DNA from: Octopus vulgaris
Taxonomy: Eukaryota
Length of the DNA: 64,000 bases
Reading direction: 5' to 3'
NCBI GenBank assembly: GCA_951406725.2
Contig: OX597817.1
Location: 170,872,001 to 170,936,000 of the forward strand
Part shown: one piece after another, positions 40,350 to 51,450 of the stretch
How the letters are laid out: each line of letters opens with the position of its first letter
Numbering within the stretch: the first letter of the stretch is position 1
Notes under the pieces: generated by a model
Told to the model about the DNA's origin: nothing
Database searches by the model: none
What the model saw: only the letters and a program-made list of their open reading frames with translations
Translations under genes and position numbers: made by a program

Positions 40350-41081
40350 TTGAATTTAGACCAGGAAAACTTGCCCCTCTTCATTAATAATAGGAATAGA
40401 AACTTTCTTGGAACGAATGGGAACAACCTCCTTACTAATAATGAGTGCACCGTACCTGTCAGAGATAATATAAATGTAATAGATCATACTACTACTACCA
40501 TTACTAGTACTAGTGATAGGAATATAGCCGATAATGTGAAATTAACTCATTCGTTGATTTTGGGTTTGGATGATGATAACAATTGTAACACTTATAATGT
40601 GAATAGTAGTATAGGGGTGGTGTCCAATCTTAGATTTCCTCATTCTGTTAATCTTTGTAATTGCAGAAATAAAAATAAATGTGTATTTGGTAATCAATGC
40701 CTCAGGAAGGAGGTAGTTTACCAATGCACTGTAGATACACAATTGAGTAGTAGGGTGTATATCGGGGCAACTATGAATAGCATAAAACAAAGATGGAATT
40801 ATCACAGATATACTTTTAGAAATAAAAATAGAATGTACTCTACAGGGCTAAGTGCATACATTTGGGAACTTAAAAGTAAGAACTTAGATTTTAGATTAAA
40901 CTGGAAAATACTAACTTCAGCACCTGTGTATAATGGAAAAAATAAAAATGCTCTCTATGTATTAATGAAATTTTCTTCATTATTAAAGCGGGTCGGCAAA
41001 TTATTAACAACATTAATGAAAAAAACTTCTTTTGTATTCATAGGCTACCGTTCACCTTTTCTAGATTCAAATAGAACTTAG
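40350..41081 (+). CDS. Penelope-type GIY-YIG endonuclease domain (5'-truncated, frameshift near 40945)
   Basis: CNCR..C...N.CL..VVY..(13)..YIG.T...KQRW.YH..F....STGLS.YIW.LK; alternative frame continues CSLCINE. Confidence 0.85.
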   Translation: MNLDQENLPLFINNRNRNFLGTNGNNLLTNNECTVPVRDNINVIDHTTTTITSTSDRNIADNVKLTHSLILGLDDDNNCNTYNVNSSIGVVSNLRFPHSVNLCNCRNKNKCVFGNQCLRKEVVYQCTVDTQLSSRVYIGATMNSIKQRWNYHRYTFRNKNRMYSTGLSAYIWELKSKNLDFRLNWKILTSAPVYNGKNKNALYVLMKFSSLLKRVGKLLTTLMKKTSFVFIGYRSPFLDSNRT

Positions 41082-42787
41082 CACTTCCACTATTATTAAT
41101 TTTTTAATTCCCTTCTTTAACTAAATATACCTGTGGTCTTCTATAATTCTAAAGTATACAATTTATAAATTTTATAATTTTATAATTTTTATAGCTACAT
41201 TTGTATAATAATTAATGGATGTGTCTAGTATTATTGGTTTCTTGTTTTTTGTATGTGGGTTTTTGTTTGTTTTTTAAGAGAAATGCAATATGACATAAAA
41301 TAACATATTCATTTTGGTATTTGCCTTGTAATGTGTGATTTTTGAAGTTTTCTAATATTGCATAGTATATTGCATAGTATGTATATATATCTTGGTTAGA
41401 TACCTAGCTCTGGATAATGTAATGATATTGTATAATATGTAATATATGAGAGCCTTTTGTGAGTTTGGTGGGTTTAGGTTAAGATTATAGGTTTTTTGTA
41501 TGTGTTTATTTGGAAGGTTTTTATTGTATATTTGGTCTTTTTGTACTCACCTTAATTTGTATCTTATGCTATTCACTGATAAACCTTTTTCATTTTTTTC
41601 ATTTTCTCATTTACATGCATTTTGCTTTATAATTATTACCAGCCTTATATATTTAGTTTATATCTATAGTCCTCTGGATCTGTACTTTAAACTATCCTTC
41701 CATACATATTTACATTCAACAATATAACATATATATTCACTTTATTTATTTTTTATTTATTTTCCATTTTATTGTAATGTTATCAATCTTTGCATCTAGT
41801 CTTCTATTTATTTATTTATTTGCCTATTTAAGTGTGGATGTTTACATACATATCAAGTCATCTAATTTGTTACCTATTTATTTTTTTACTTATTTACTTA
41901 TACTGGGGTAGTTTTATACATACATATCTATCATTTATTTTTATTTAATTTTAATAATATATGAATACATATATACTGGTTTGTACTTATAATTATGTGT
42001 ATAACCGTATTTATTCCTTCGTATTTATTCCTTCTTATTTATTTTATCACTTTTCATCTTAAGTCTTTATAATATAAAATTTATTTAAAATTTCTGTGAT
42101 GTTCTCATAAGCGTTTACATTAGTGCTTCCCCTTCTATTTTTTAATGCCTAAACTGGTATATTATGGCACTATATTTATTAAGTTAATAAGTGACTTATT
42201 TATAATATTTAAATTAATATATATTTTATATTTTATATTTTATAATTTAGCGTACTTAAAATCATAACAAACTTACGATAAATCTAACAACCGTATGTTT
42301 ACTCTGCAACAAACCGGTGTTATAAATTTTAAGTTACCCATGAAATAATTATCTGACTTAGTAACATACTGATATTTAAAAATATATTTATATCTAAATT
42401 GAATATTTTATGGAATGCATGGATGGTTCTTTTTTTGTTATTGAGGCACAGTTATAATTTTGAAGGACTAAATGGTAGCATAGTTGCTTCCCTTTTTTGG
42501 TTTATCTAAGTGCTAGTTGTTGCTTGTGATTATGTATGTGTATAAGTGTATGTATATACATATAACTATGTGTGTATGTGCGATTGATCTGTAGATGCGT
42601 GTGTGAATATTGGCGTTCCCTGACTAACCAACCGTATAATTTTCTTTTGTGATTTAAATTTCAAACCAATAGCCAATCGAATTAATCTAAATTTTCTTTA
42701 CCTAGTGGTCAGCATTTCTTAACTCATAGTCATTTCGATCTTGAAAGGATGGACTTGGTGCTAACTTAACTGTATCTATTTTTATTA

Positions 42788-42851
<64 letters not shown>

Positions 42852-43202
42852 ATTAATAGTAATTTTTATTAACTTTTATAGCTTTAGAATTTTATGAACT
42901 GTACCATGGTTTTAATTATTATTTTTCATCTCCATATGTGTTAGCCTTTTTTTTTTTTTTTTTTTTTATAAAAACTATTAGCCAAATATGTATAATATCG
43001 GTACTTATTAATATTAATATATACACTGTTATATATTTTGTTTTATTTTGTTCTGTTTACCTTCCTTTTTTGTACAAATGTGTATTATATTATATAAGTG
43101 TAGCATTATGATGTATAAGTTTTTATATTTTACATTTTTATATTTTTATATTTATATGTATATGATTATATAATATTTTTCACTATTATAACAAATTTAA
43201 CT

Positions 43203-43320
43203 TAATTCTCTGAAGAGGCCGTGGGGCATCCTTGTTAATGCCTCATTTATACCTGCCTTTATGGCTTATAGGTTAAATGAGGTATGACTGCCCTCACTGC
43301 CGAAACAGCTGTCAGTTTTT
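43203..43320 (+). ncRNA. Hammerhead motif with long stem-II insert (Penelope pLTR); mirror copy ~37430-37545 (-)
   Basis: CUGAAGA-GGC.GUGGGGCA...UGCCCUCAC.GCC-GAAA-CAGCUG-UC; palindromic stem III; stem I weak. Confidence 0.65.
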
Positions 43321-43686
43321 GATTTATTTGCATATTATATTTGAAATTTTTTACTTATATCTCTTTATCTTTTTACTATTACTGTATATCTCATTTCATT
43401 TTATATATTGCCTTTACTCATATGTAATGGTGTATTAAAGTATGGATTGAGTATCATCGGATAGTTGATGTTTTACTGATTTAAGTATGTTTCTCCATTC
43501 TCTAATTTTGTAGTATTAATTTACGGTAATATTATTACCTTTACCCATATAATACAATAGATGAACTGATTGTTTGACAATTTTTAACATCTATGTATTA
43601 TTTTTGTTGGGTACCTATCTAGCAGTATATTGGATATATATTATCCCATGGTGGGTTGAATTTTCAACCCCTATCTCAATTTATAA

Positions 43687-43724
<38 letters not shown>

Positions 43725-43770
43725 CATACATACATATATATATATTTATATATATATGTATATATATATA

Positions 43771-44676
43771 ACAAAAGGGACATTAGCCATTTGAATGTGG
43801 TTAGGGACAGGGCAGGGCGGTGGGGGTGTTACCGATGCATTTAGCCCCAGGCGATCATCAACGTCACCAGATAGGCTTGACACCATCACGGTGTCCTCTA
43901 TCCTGCAAAGGGAGATCATTCCCCGAAGAAGCGGATGCCACACACGGACCCAGGTTTCAAGGTGTTTGCCTCTCGTCAACGTATGGTAGGCACCGCCCCT
44001 CGACGAACGACTCTCTGTGCAGGATATTTATATATAGATTTTCACGTAAATACATTTACTGATTTCGAAAATCTGTTCGACAGCAATAATAATTCTCTAA
44101 ACGAGATATAGACAGTAACTGCTCCATTACAAAAGGGACATTAGCCATTTGAATGTGGCTAGGGACAGGGCAGGGCGGTGGGGGTGTTACTGATGCATTT
44201 AGCCCCAGGCGATCATCAACGTCACCAGATAGGCTTGACACCATCACGGTGTCCTCTATCCTGCAAAGGGAGATCATTCCCCGAAGAAGTCTATATCTCG
44301 TTTACAGAATTATTATTGCTGTCGAACAGATTTTCGAAATCAGTAAATGTATTTACGTGAAAATCTATATATAAATATCCTGCACAGAGAGTCGTTCGTC
44401 GAGGGGCGGTGCCTACCATACGTTGACGAGAGGCAAACACCTTGAAACCTGGGTCCATGTGTGACATCCGCTTCTTCGGGGAATGATCTCCCTTTGCAGG
44501 ATAGAGGACACCGTGATAGTGTCAAGCCTATCTGGTGACGTTGATGATCGCCTGGGGCTAAATGCATCAGTAACACCCCCACTGCCCTGCCCTGTCCCTA
44601 GCCACATTCAAATGGCTAATGTCCCTTTTGTTATGGAGCAGTTACTGTCTATATCTCGTTTAGAGAATTATTATTG

Positions 44677-44680
<4 letters not shown>
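43771..44680. mobile_element. 358-bp tandem/inverted retrozyme-like repeat
   Basis: Unit 43771-44128, partial second unit 44129-44288, inverted unit 44289-44680; (TA)n on both sides; HHR motif in each full unit. Confidence 0.75.
43941..43985 (-). ncRNA. Type-I hammerhead motif, U3 variant (second copy 44417-44461, +)
   Basis: CAUACG-UUGACGA-GAGG(caaaca)CCUU-GAAA-CCUGGG-UC-CGUGUG. Confidence 0.7.
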
Positions 44681-44715
<35 letters not shown>

Positions 44716-44848
44716 TAGATAGATAGATAGGTAGATAGATAGGTAGATAGATAGATAGATAGATAGGTAGATAGATAGAAATATTATGTATATGTATGTA
44801 ACATTATACTATATGTTACATATAGATATATATTTATAGCACGCACAT

Positions 44849-44900
<52 letters not shown>

Positions 44901-44904
44901 ATTA

Positions 44905-45262
44905 TGGAGATGTACTTTAATAGCAAGTGACCTAATCTGAGATCATGTGCTGAAACGAAAACAATTGCAGCATGAAAGGTGTTTATAAGCCATTTAAAAA
45001 CGCACAAAAACCGTTAGATTTGCTTCAACATTTAAATTTGATTTGCCGAAATATTTTCATCGCTTTGACACTGCGACTTGTTCACTGAAAAATTCCATGC
45101 TGCATCTCAAAATTCCGTGAAGCACAGAATTTTGGCAGTGAACAGATCACAATCTCAAAGCGACGAAAATATTTTGGCAAATTAAATTTGAATGTTGAAG
45201 TGAATCTAACAGTTTTTGTATGTTTTTAAATTGCTTATAAACACCTTCCACATTGCAATTGT
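44905..45262. mobile_element. Older copy of the 34792-35128 fold-back family
   Basis: Shared head GGAGATGTACT..ATAGCAAGTGA and diverged inverted arms; retains GUGAACA..GCGAC-GAAA-AUAUUU at 45133-45179. Confidence 0.75.
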
Positions 45263-45267
45263 ATATA

Positions 45268-45630
45268 TCATCATCATCATCATCATCATTTAATGTCTAT
45301 TTCCCATGCTGGCATAGGTTGGATGGTTTGACTAAAAACTTGTAGGCTGGGGAGCTGCACTAGATTTCAATTTGATTTGGCATGGTTTCTGTGGCTGGAT
45401 TCCCTCCCTAATGCCAATCACTCCAAGAGTGTAGTGAGTGCTTTTTATGAGCCACCAGTATGGGTACCAGTTACATGACACTGGTATTGGCCATGACTAT
45501 GATCTCACTTGGTTTGATAGGTCTTCTCAAACACAGCATATCACCCAGCGTTGAAAGGGTGCCAGTGGCATGAGTACCAGTAACACAACATTGGCATCAG
45601 CCGTGGCTGCAATTTCACTTGGCTTCATTG
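45268..45630 (-). mobile_element. Repeat family D, diverged
   Basis: (CAT)n followed by family-D body. Confidence 0.65.
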
Positions 45631-45711
45631 ACAGGAAGGGCATCCAGCCGTAGAAAATCCACCAGGACAAATTTTGATCAAACCGATGCAAGTATGGAAA
45701 AGTGGATGTTA

Positions 45712-46118
45712 AAATGACAATGAGGACAACTACAATGATGACAATGACAACAGCAACGACAATGATGACAATGACGATGACGACGATGACAATGATGACG
45801 ATGACGATGATGACGCTGACGACGATGACGACAAGAATGATGACAACAATGACAACGACAACAATGATGACAATGATGATGATGATGATGACGACAAGAA
45901 TGACAATGACAATGGTGACGCTGACGACAAGAATGACAACAACAATGACAACAACGACAACAATGATGACAATGACGATGACAACAATGACAATGATGAT
46001 GACGATGACGATGATGATGATGATGTCAATGACAATTACGAGGATGACGACAAGAATGACGATGACGACAATAATGATGACGGCATTGACAACAACAACG
46101 ATGACGAAGACAATGATG
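45712..46118. repeat. Degenerate (GAT/GAC/AAC)n tract
   Basis: Direct inspection. Confidence 0.9.
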
Positions 46119-46857
46119 CCAGAAGAATATAAGGCAAAGTTGAACTCACTAGGTTTGAAACTTAGAACTTAAACTATTCAAACAAATACTGCAAGGTATT
46201 TTGTCTGAGGCTCTAACACTTTCACAAATTCTTACAGTGAAATAAAATTTGCCTGACAGAACCCAAGATCAGAGCAAAAGAAGTCAGGTATTGAACAAGC
46301 TAAAACTAACTTTAATTCATCATTATTCTATATCCTCTGTAAAGTTTATTTCTCCCCAGCTGTCATGATGCCAAGCAGAAACATCTCAGCCAAATAGAAA
46401 CGTCTTTCTTAACTCACATGAGAGCCAGCCAATTTCTCTAATAATGTTAGTTTGATAATTTAATAAATGTTTAGAAATTCCTAATAAAGCGATATTTCGT
46501 GAAAATTTATAAATTCAGAATACTAAAGTATGTTCATACATTTAAAACTTATAGTCTTATTATGGCATAAAACTCTTGGGATATACATTGTACATAAATA
46601 TTCAGTAGTACAATGGATACATTAACCAGACTGTACTTCCATCATCGTCATCGTCGTCATCATTTAACATGCTTGACATGAATCAGATGAAGTTTATTGA
46701 GGCAGATTTTCTACTACTGGATACCTTTCCTGTTGCCAACCCTTACCTCTTTTCAAGCAAGCTACTATTTCCCCCAAGGCCAAACATGTGTTTTTTTACA
46801 GGAGACAGGAAATGAACAACCTTGATAGTTATGATGATGATGCTCATTTACAAGGTT

Positions 46858-46859
<2 letters not shown>

Positions 46860-46897
<38 letters not shown>

Positions 46898-46953
46898 ATG
46901 CTCATATGCACATACATACATATCTCAATCTATCTTTCCATCCATCCATCTAT

Positions 46954-47049
<96 letters not shown>

Positions 47050-47055
47050 TATATA

Positions 47056-47100
<45 letters not shown>
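46860..47100. repeat. (CA)n, (TATC)n, (TG)n, (TA)n microsatellites
   Basis: Direct inspection. Confidence 0.9.
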
Positions 47101-47101
<1 letters not shown>

Positions 47102-48095
47102 CTTACATACAAGGCCAAAGAGGTACGGGCGCCGCTATATATATTATATGTAGAAAAATACAAACTGGGACAAGAACGTAAAACATTTAGAAGACGATAC
47201 AAAAAACACGGATGGGACATTCGAAGCCTTCAATCTTCAGTCAAGAATCGGATCATCCTCGCAATTTCTGCTAAAGATTAATCAGCCGAAATTGCAAGGA
47301 TGATCCGGTTCTTGACTGAAGATTGAAGGCTTCGAATGTCCCATCCCTATTTTTTGTAGTGTCTTCTAAATGTTTTACGTTCTTGTCCCAGTTTGTATTT
47401 TTCTACATATAATATATATAGCGGCACTCATACCCTCTTTGGCCTTGTATGTAAGTACATATTCATTTAAATTTGGTACGACTCTATAACACTGTCTCTC
47501 TCTCCTACATTTCTCTGCCTTTCACACTTTGCACTCTACTTTGATCTGTCCCCTTCTCTCTCTCTCTCTCTACTTCTCCTCCTCCTTTTCTCTTTTCTTG
47601 CCTCTGATTCTTTGGTCTACTCTTCCCCCACTCTTTCACATTTCTCTGTCTTTCTCACTTTGCACCTCACTGATTCTGTCGCCAAGCCAATCCTTGGCAC
47701 GCTCTCTTTCTTCTCCCCTCTTTAATTCCTTCTTTCTCTTTCTTTTCCCCCCTTTCATGCCTTCGTCCCTCTTTTTCTTCTTTCTTTGATTCTTCACCCC
47801 CTTGTTTTTCTCTCTCTTCTCCTTTCACGTGACCGCTGGTCAACCAGCCTTTTGGCTTCTAACCAGCGCCATGAGAACATCGTTGTCTTCATCTGCCGAT
47901 AAAGGCATTTTTTTTCCAAATATGCCAGCCAAACTAAGTTGTACTGTCTAAGATTAATCAGCCGAAATTGCGAGGATGATCCGGTTCTTGACTGAAGATT
48001 GAAGGCTTTGAATGTCACGTCCGTGTTTTTTGTATCGTCTTCTAAATGTTTTACGTTCTTGTCCCAGTTTGTATTTTTCTACATAAAATATGTAT
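47100..48095. mobile_element. Fold-back plus partial tandem element (Penelope pLTR-like architecture)
   Basis: Palindrome 47100-47457 and a third direct copy of the arm at ~47950-48090; (TA)n on both flanks. Confidence 0.6.
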
Positions 48096-48764
48096 ATATA
48101 TATATATATATATATCCATCTATTTATCTGTCTGTCTGTCCATCCATCTGTTTGTCAGTCTATCTACGTTTCTGTCTGCCTGTCTATCTATCCATCTATA
48201 TGTCTGTCTGTCTGTCCATCTATCTATCTAGCCATTTTTTAAAAAAAGTTTGGCTTCTTCTTTAGATAGGCCTCATACTTTGAGTGCCAGTCAGATGAGG
48301 TTGCAATAGAAGGTTCATTCTCATTGTACTGTTCCATTCTGTGGTCACTGACATGTGGACATGCCTGACAAGTTCATGAAATGCCGTTACCACCATCACC
48401 TAATCCGACCACATGTGAATAACCTCAGCACTGCTATCATAGTCACCCTCTGTCTTGGTGGCATCTGTGCTTCCTCACTCTTTAGTTTACTTATTCATTT
48501 TTAATGTTAATATTGTAAAGGTATTGGACTGGATTGGATTGCCCATGGTCAGTCCACTGCAAGATGAAGGCCTCAGTATGGTCTCCCCACTCAATCATAG
48601 TCTGATGTGGAGGCTGTGAATTTGATCTTGAGATCATACTGGTTTGATGAGCCTACACTGCCACACTGACTCAACATGGCTTTGGAGAGGGATGCAGTTT
48701 TTATACTCACGCCCAGGAGTAGTTAAGTCAAATACTTGACCCCACTGTTCAACTGGTATTTATT

Positions 48765-49110
48765 TTAATGCAGTTCTATATTTAAGAGATGAGGAATTAT
48801 ATACATTATTTACATTATTTACATTCGACGGATATTTGTCCTCATCTTGTTTGTTGTTAATACAACATTTCAGCTGATATATCCTCCAGCCTTCTTCAGG
48901 TGTCTTGGGGAAATTTCGAACTGGGTTCTCATTCCTAAGGTATTTTTCGATGTTATTATTATTATTATTATTGTTATTGTTATTGTTCAGGTCACTGCTT
49001 GGAATTGATCTCGGAATTTTGGGGTTAGTAGCCCACACTCTTAATCACTACGCCATATGCTCATGGGCATATGGCTTAGTGATCTAAACAATAACAACAA
49101 CAACACCAAC

Positions 49111-49156
<46 letters not shown>

Positions 49157-49305
49157 TCAAAAAATACCTCAGGAATGAGAACCCAGGTTTGAAATTTCCC
49201 CAAGACACCTGATGAAGGCTGGAGGGGATATCAGCTGAAACATTGTGTTAACAACAAACAAGATGAGGACAAATATCTATCGAATGTAAATAATGTAAAT
49301 AATGT
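48765..49305. mobile_element. Head-to-head pair of tRNA-headed, hammerhead-containing elements
   Basis: Minus copy: TGGCGTAGTGA A-box, GATCAATTCC B-box-like, (AAT)n, HHR; plus copy has a deleted head; arms ~48800-48990 / 49085-49305. Confidence 0.75.
49204..49249 (+). ncRNA. Minimal type-I hammerhead motif (mirror ~48858-48905, -)
   Basis: GACAC-CUGAUGA-A-GGCUG(..)CAGCU-GAAA-CA-UU-GUGUU. Confidence 0.7.
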
Positions 49306-50289
49306 GATATTTAGAAAAGGACAAAAGGCAAAGTCAACCTCAGAAGAATTTGAACACGGAACATATGGACAGATGAAATACTACTAAGCATTTCACCCAG
49401 CGTGCCAGTGATTTGACCAGCTTGCTGCCTGTATAGCTATATTCATCATAATGAAGCCTATTGTATGAGTTGTTCTGATCACATTGTACAATGTTAACAT
49501 AAATATACTACGGTTTACTAATTTGATTCTATGCTGTGTAGGTGTATTGATTGTAATTAAGCCTATCATATGAATTATTCTGATCAAACTGTAGAACTTT
49601 ACAGCAAAAACCCATAAATTTTCTTGGCTATTAAAACTGCTTACACATGTTGTTGCTGCTGTTGTTGTTGCGCAACAGATCAATCCTAATGAAGCAATGT
49701 AAAGGCTGCCATATTTGCTTGTATATCTAATTTATAATGCTATATAATGTTATATAATAAATCTGATTATTTATGTAATAAACATCATATATTAACAACT
49801 AAACAGTATATAATATACATACATACATGTGTTTGAGTGTGTATGTGCGTGCGCATGTGTGAGTGTGTAATTATATATATATATATGTATGTATTATGTT
49901 ATATATAAAAGATATTAACTGGATATACTATAAACTACATGTAAGATGTAACATATTACACATGGTATAAAGCATATCTAATTATTTCTTATATTATTTA
50001 GGCTCCAGGTCAACCATGATTCAGTGAAATCTATGATCAAAGATTTCTAATCATGATCGTTCTATGTTTCATTTATCTCATAGTCTACTTTATCAATATG
50101 TTCCTTTTTCTCTTTTTCATTTGTTTGATAGTGAATTGAAATGATTTGCAGGTGATTTTGTTGGTATTTTTAGCAGGTCAAGGTGACCATACAAAGGCTT
50201 TCTCTCTCATTGGCTCTCAAGCTCACACATTTTCCACCAAGATATATCTGTTTAGCTAGTTATAAATCCCCATATATATATATATATAT

Positions 50290-50825
50290 ATGAGAAAAAC
50301 ACCCCCTGTCCAATGGACAGTGCTCACTTGTCAAACATTTAAACCAAATTTTCTCAAAACAACTTGTCCGACCATCCCACACTGATTTAACCTAAATTTG
50401 AGACACCAGCAAAAGAAGAAATAAAGATAGACTTTTTTTTTATTCCAAAGAAAAACGATTTTATTCACACAAATATACAATTGAAGAGTTTAAAGTACCA
50501 GTAATGATAAGGCTGTTGACTGGGAGAACACAAACATGGTTTCAACAGTAAGCTTGGCAGGAAAGTAACATGCCTTAAAGCAGTACAGAAACAACAAAAA
50601 ATGGAAGGTGCAGTCATGTACAGGTTGACGGAAGAAAAGCAGGACAAAAACGGCTTTATCGATGGCATTCTCACCTGGAATCGGTTTTTGTAATTTTTTC
50701 AAGACTTATTCACGCCCTGATACTGTCGGTATCTACATATCAAATTTGAGGGCAATCGGATGGAAGGTGCCCAAGATCCTAGAAGACACACACACAGACA
50801 GACAGAATGGATTTTATATAATAGA
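50290..50825 (-). mobile_element. Helitron-like fragment (5' part)
   Basis: Minus strand starts A|TCTATTATATAAAATCC..CTGTCTGTCTGTGTGTG, like the 9502-9803 element; 3' end unclear. Confidence 0.55.
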
Positions 50826-50911
50826 TAGTGTTGATAATGAAGAGGAGAGTGGAGATTTTATTCTTATCTGAAAACTTCTTTATTTAAAAGTTTTCTACAA
50901 CATATATGTCT

Positions 50912-50996
50912 GACCTACATATGTTTCAACTGCAGTAAGTACACATTACTTTGTATGCAATTATACATTCTACTCATTGCAGTTTCATCAAGGGTA
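50912..50996 (-). ncRNA. Hammerhead motif with extended stem II
   Basis: ACCC-UUGAUGA-AACUGCA...UGCAGUU-GAAA-CAUAUG-UA-GGUC. Confidence 0.6.
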
Positions 50997-51329
50997 CATC
51001 ACTCACGACCTTTTCAAAGTGAACTGATTCAAACAAGCGTCCTGCATTGGTATTCACTTAAAGGTAATAGCATTATTGTTTATATTTGATAGAATGCTGG
51101 TCTTATAATCACCTCTGCTGGTATTACAGTTGAAGTATGTTTTTAAAGATGTTTATTCAATTTCGATTAATTGTAGCAATTTTTTTACATGTTGTTGTAT
51201 GGAGTACATTATTTATTCAGAGGTATTGGACTTATTTTGGGTTTATACCCTCAATTATTGTTATTATTATTATTATTCTTTCGTAACACTGTGTAGGTAA
51301 AAATCCAGTCTTTATTCATCTGTCAAGTC

Positions 51330-51450
51330 TTCTTAAGGCAACTGGAAATCCCATGCAAGATTGATGTCTTACAAAAAGTAGCCTTATTAGGCACAGCACA
51401 CATCTTAAGGAAAGTATTATCTGTCTGAGGTCCTTGTTGTGACTTGACAA
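51330..51450 (+). mobile_element. R4/Dong-like LINE 3' tip
   Basis: LQKVALLGTAHILRKVLSV* parallels the C-terminus at 60430-60488; lies just after an (ATT)n tract. Confidence 0.65.

Larger units (their letters stand above)
37235..43690. mobile_element. Penelope-like element forming a giant inverted repeat
   Basis: Arms 37235-40290 and 40459-43514 (3056 bp each), 168-bp spacer; GIY-YIG ORF remnant, long AT-rich 3' region with HHR motif; flanked by (TA)n. Confidence 0.88.
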
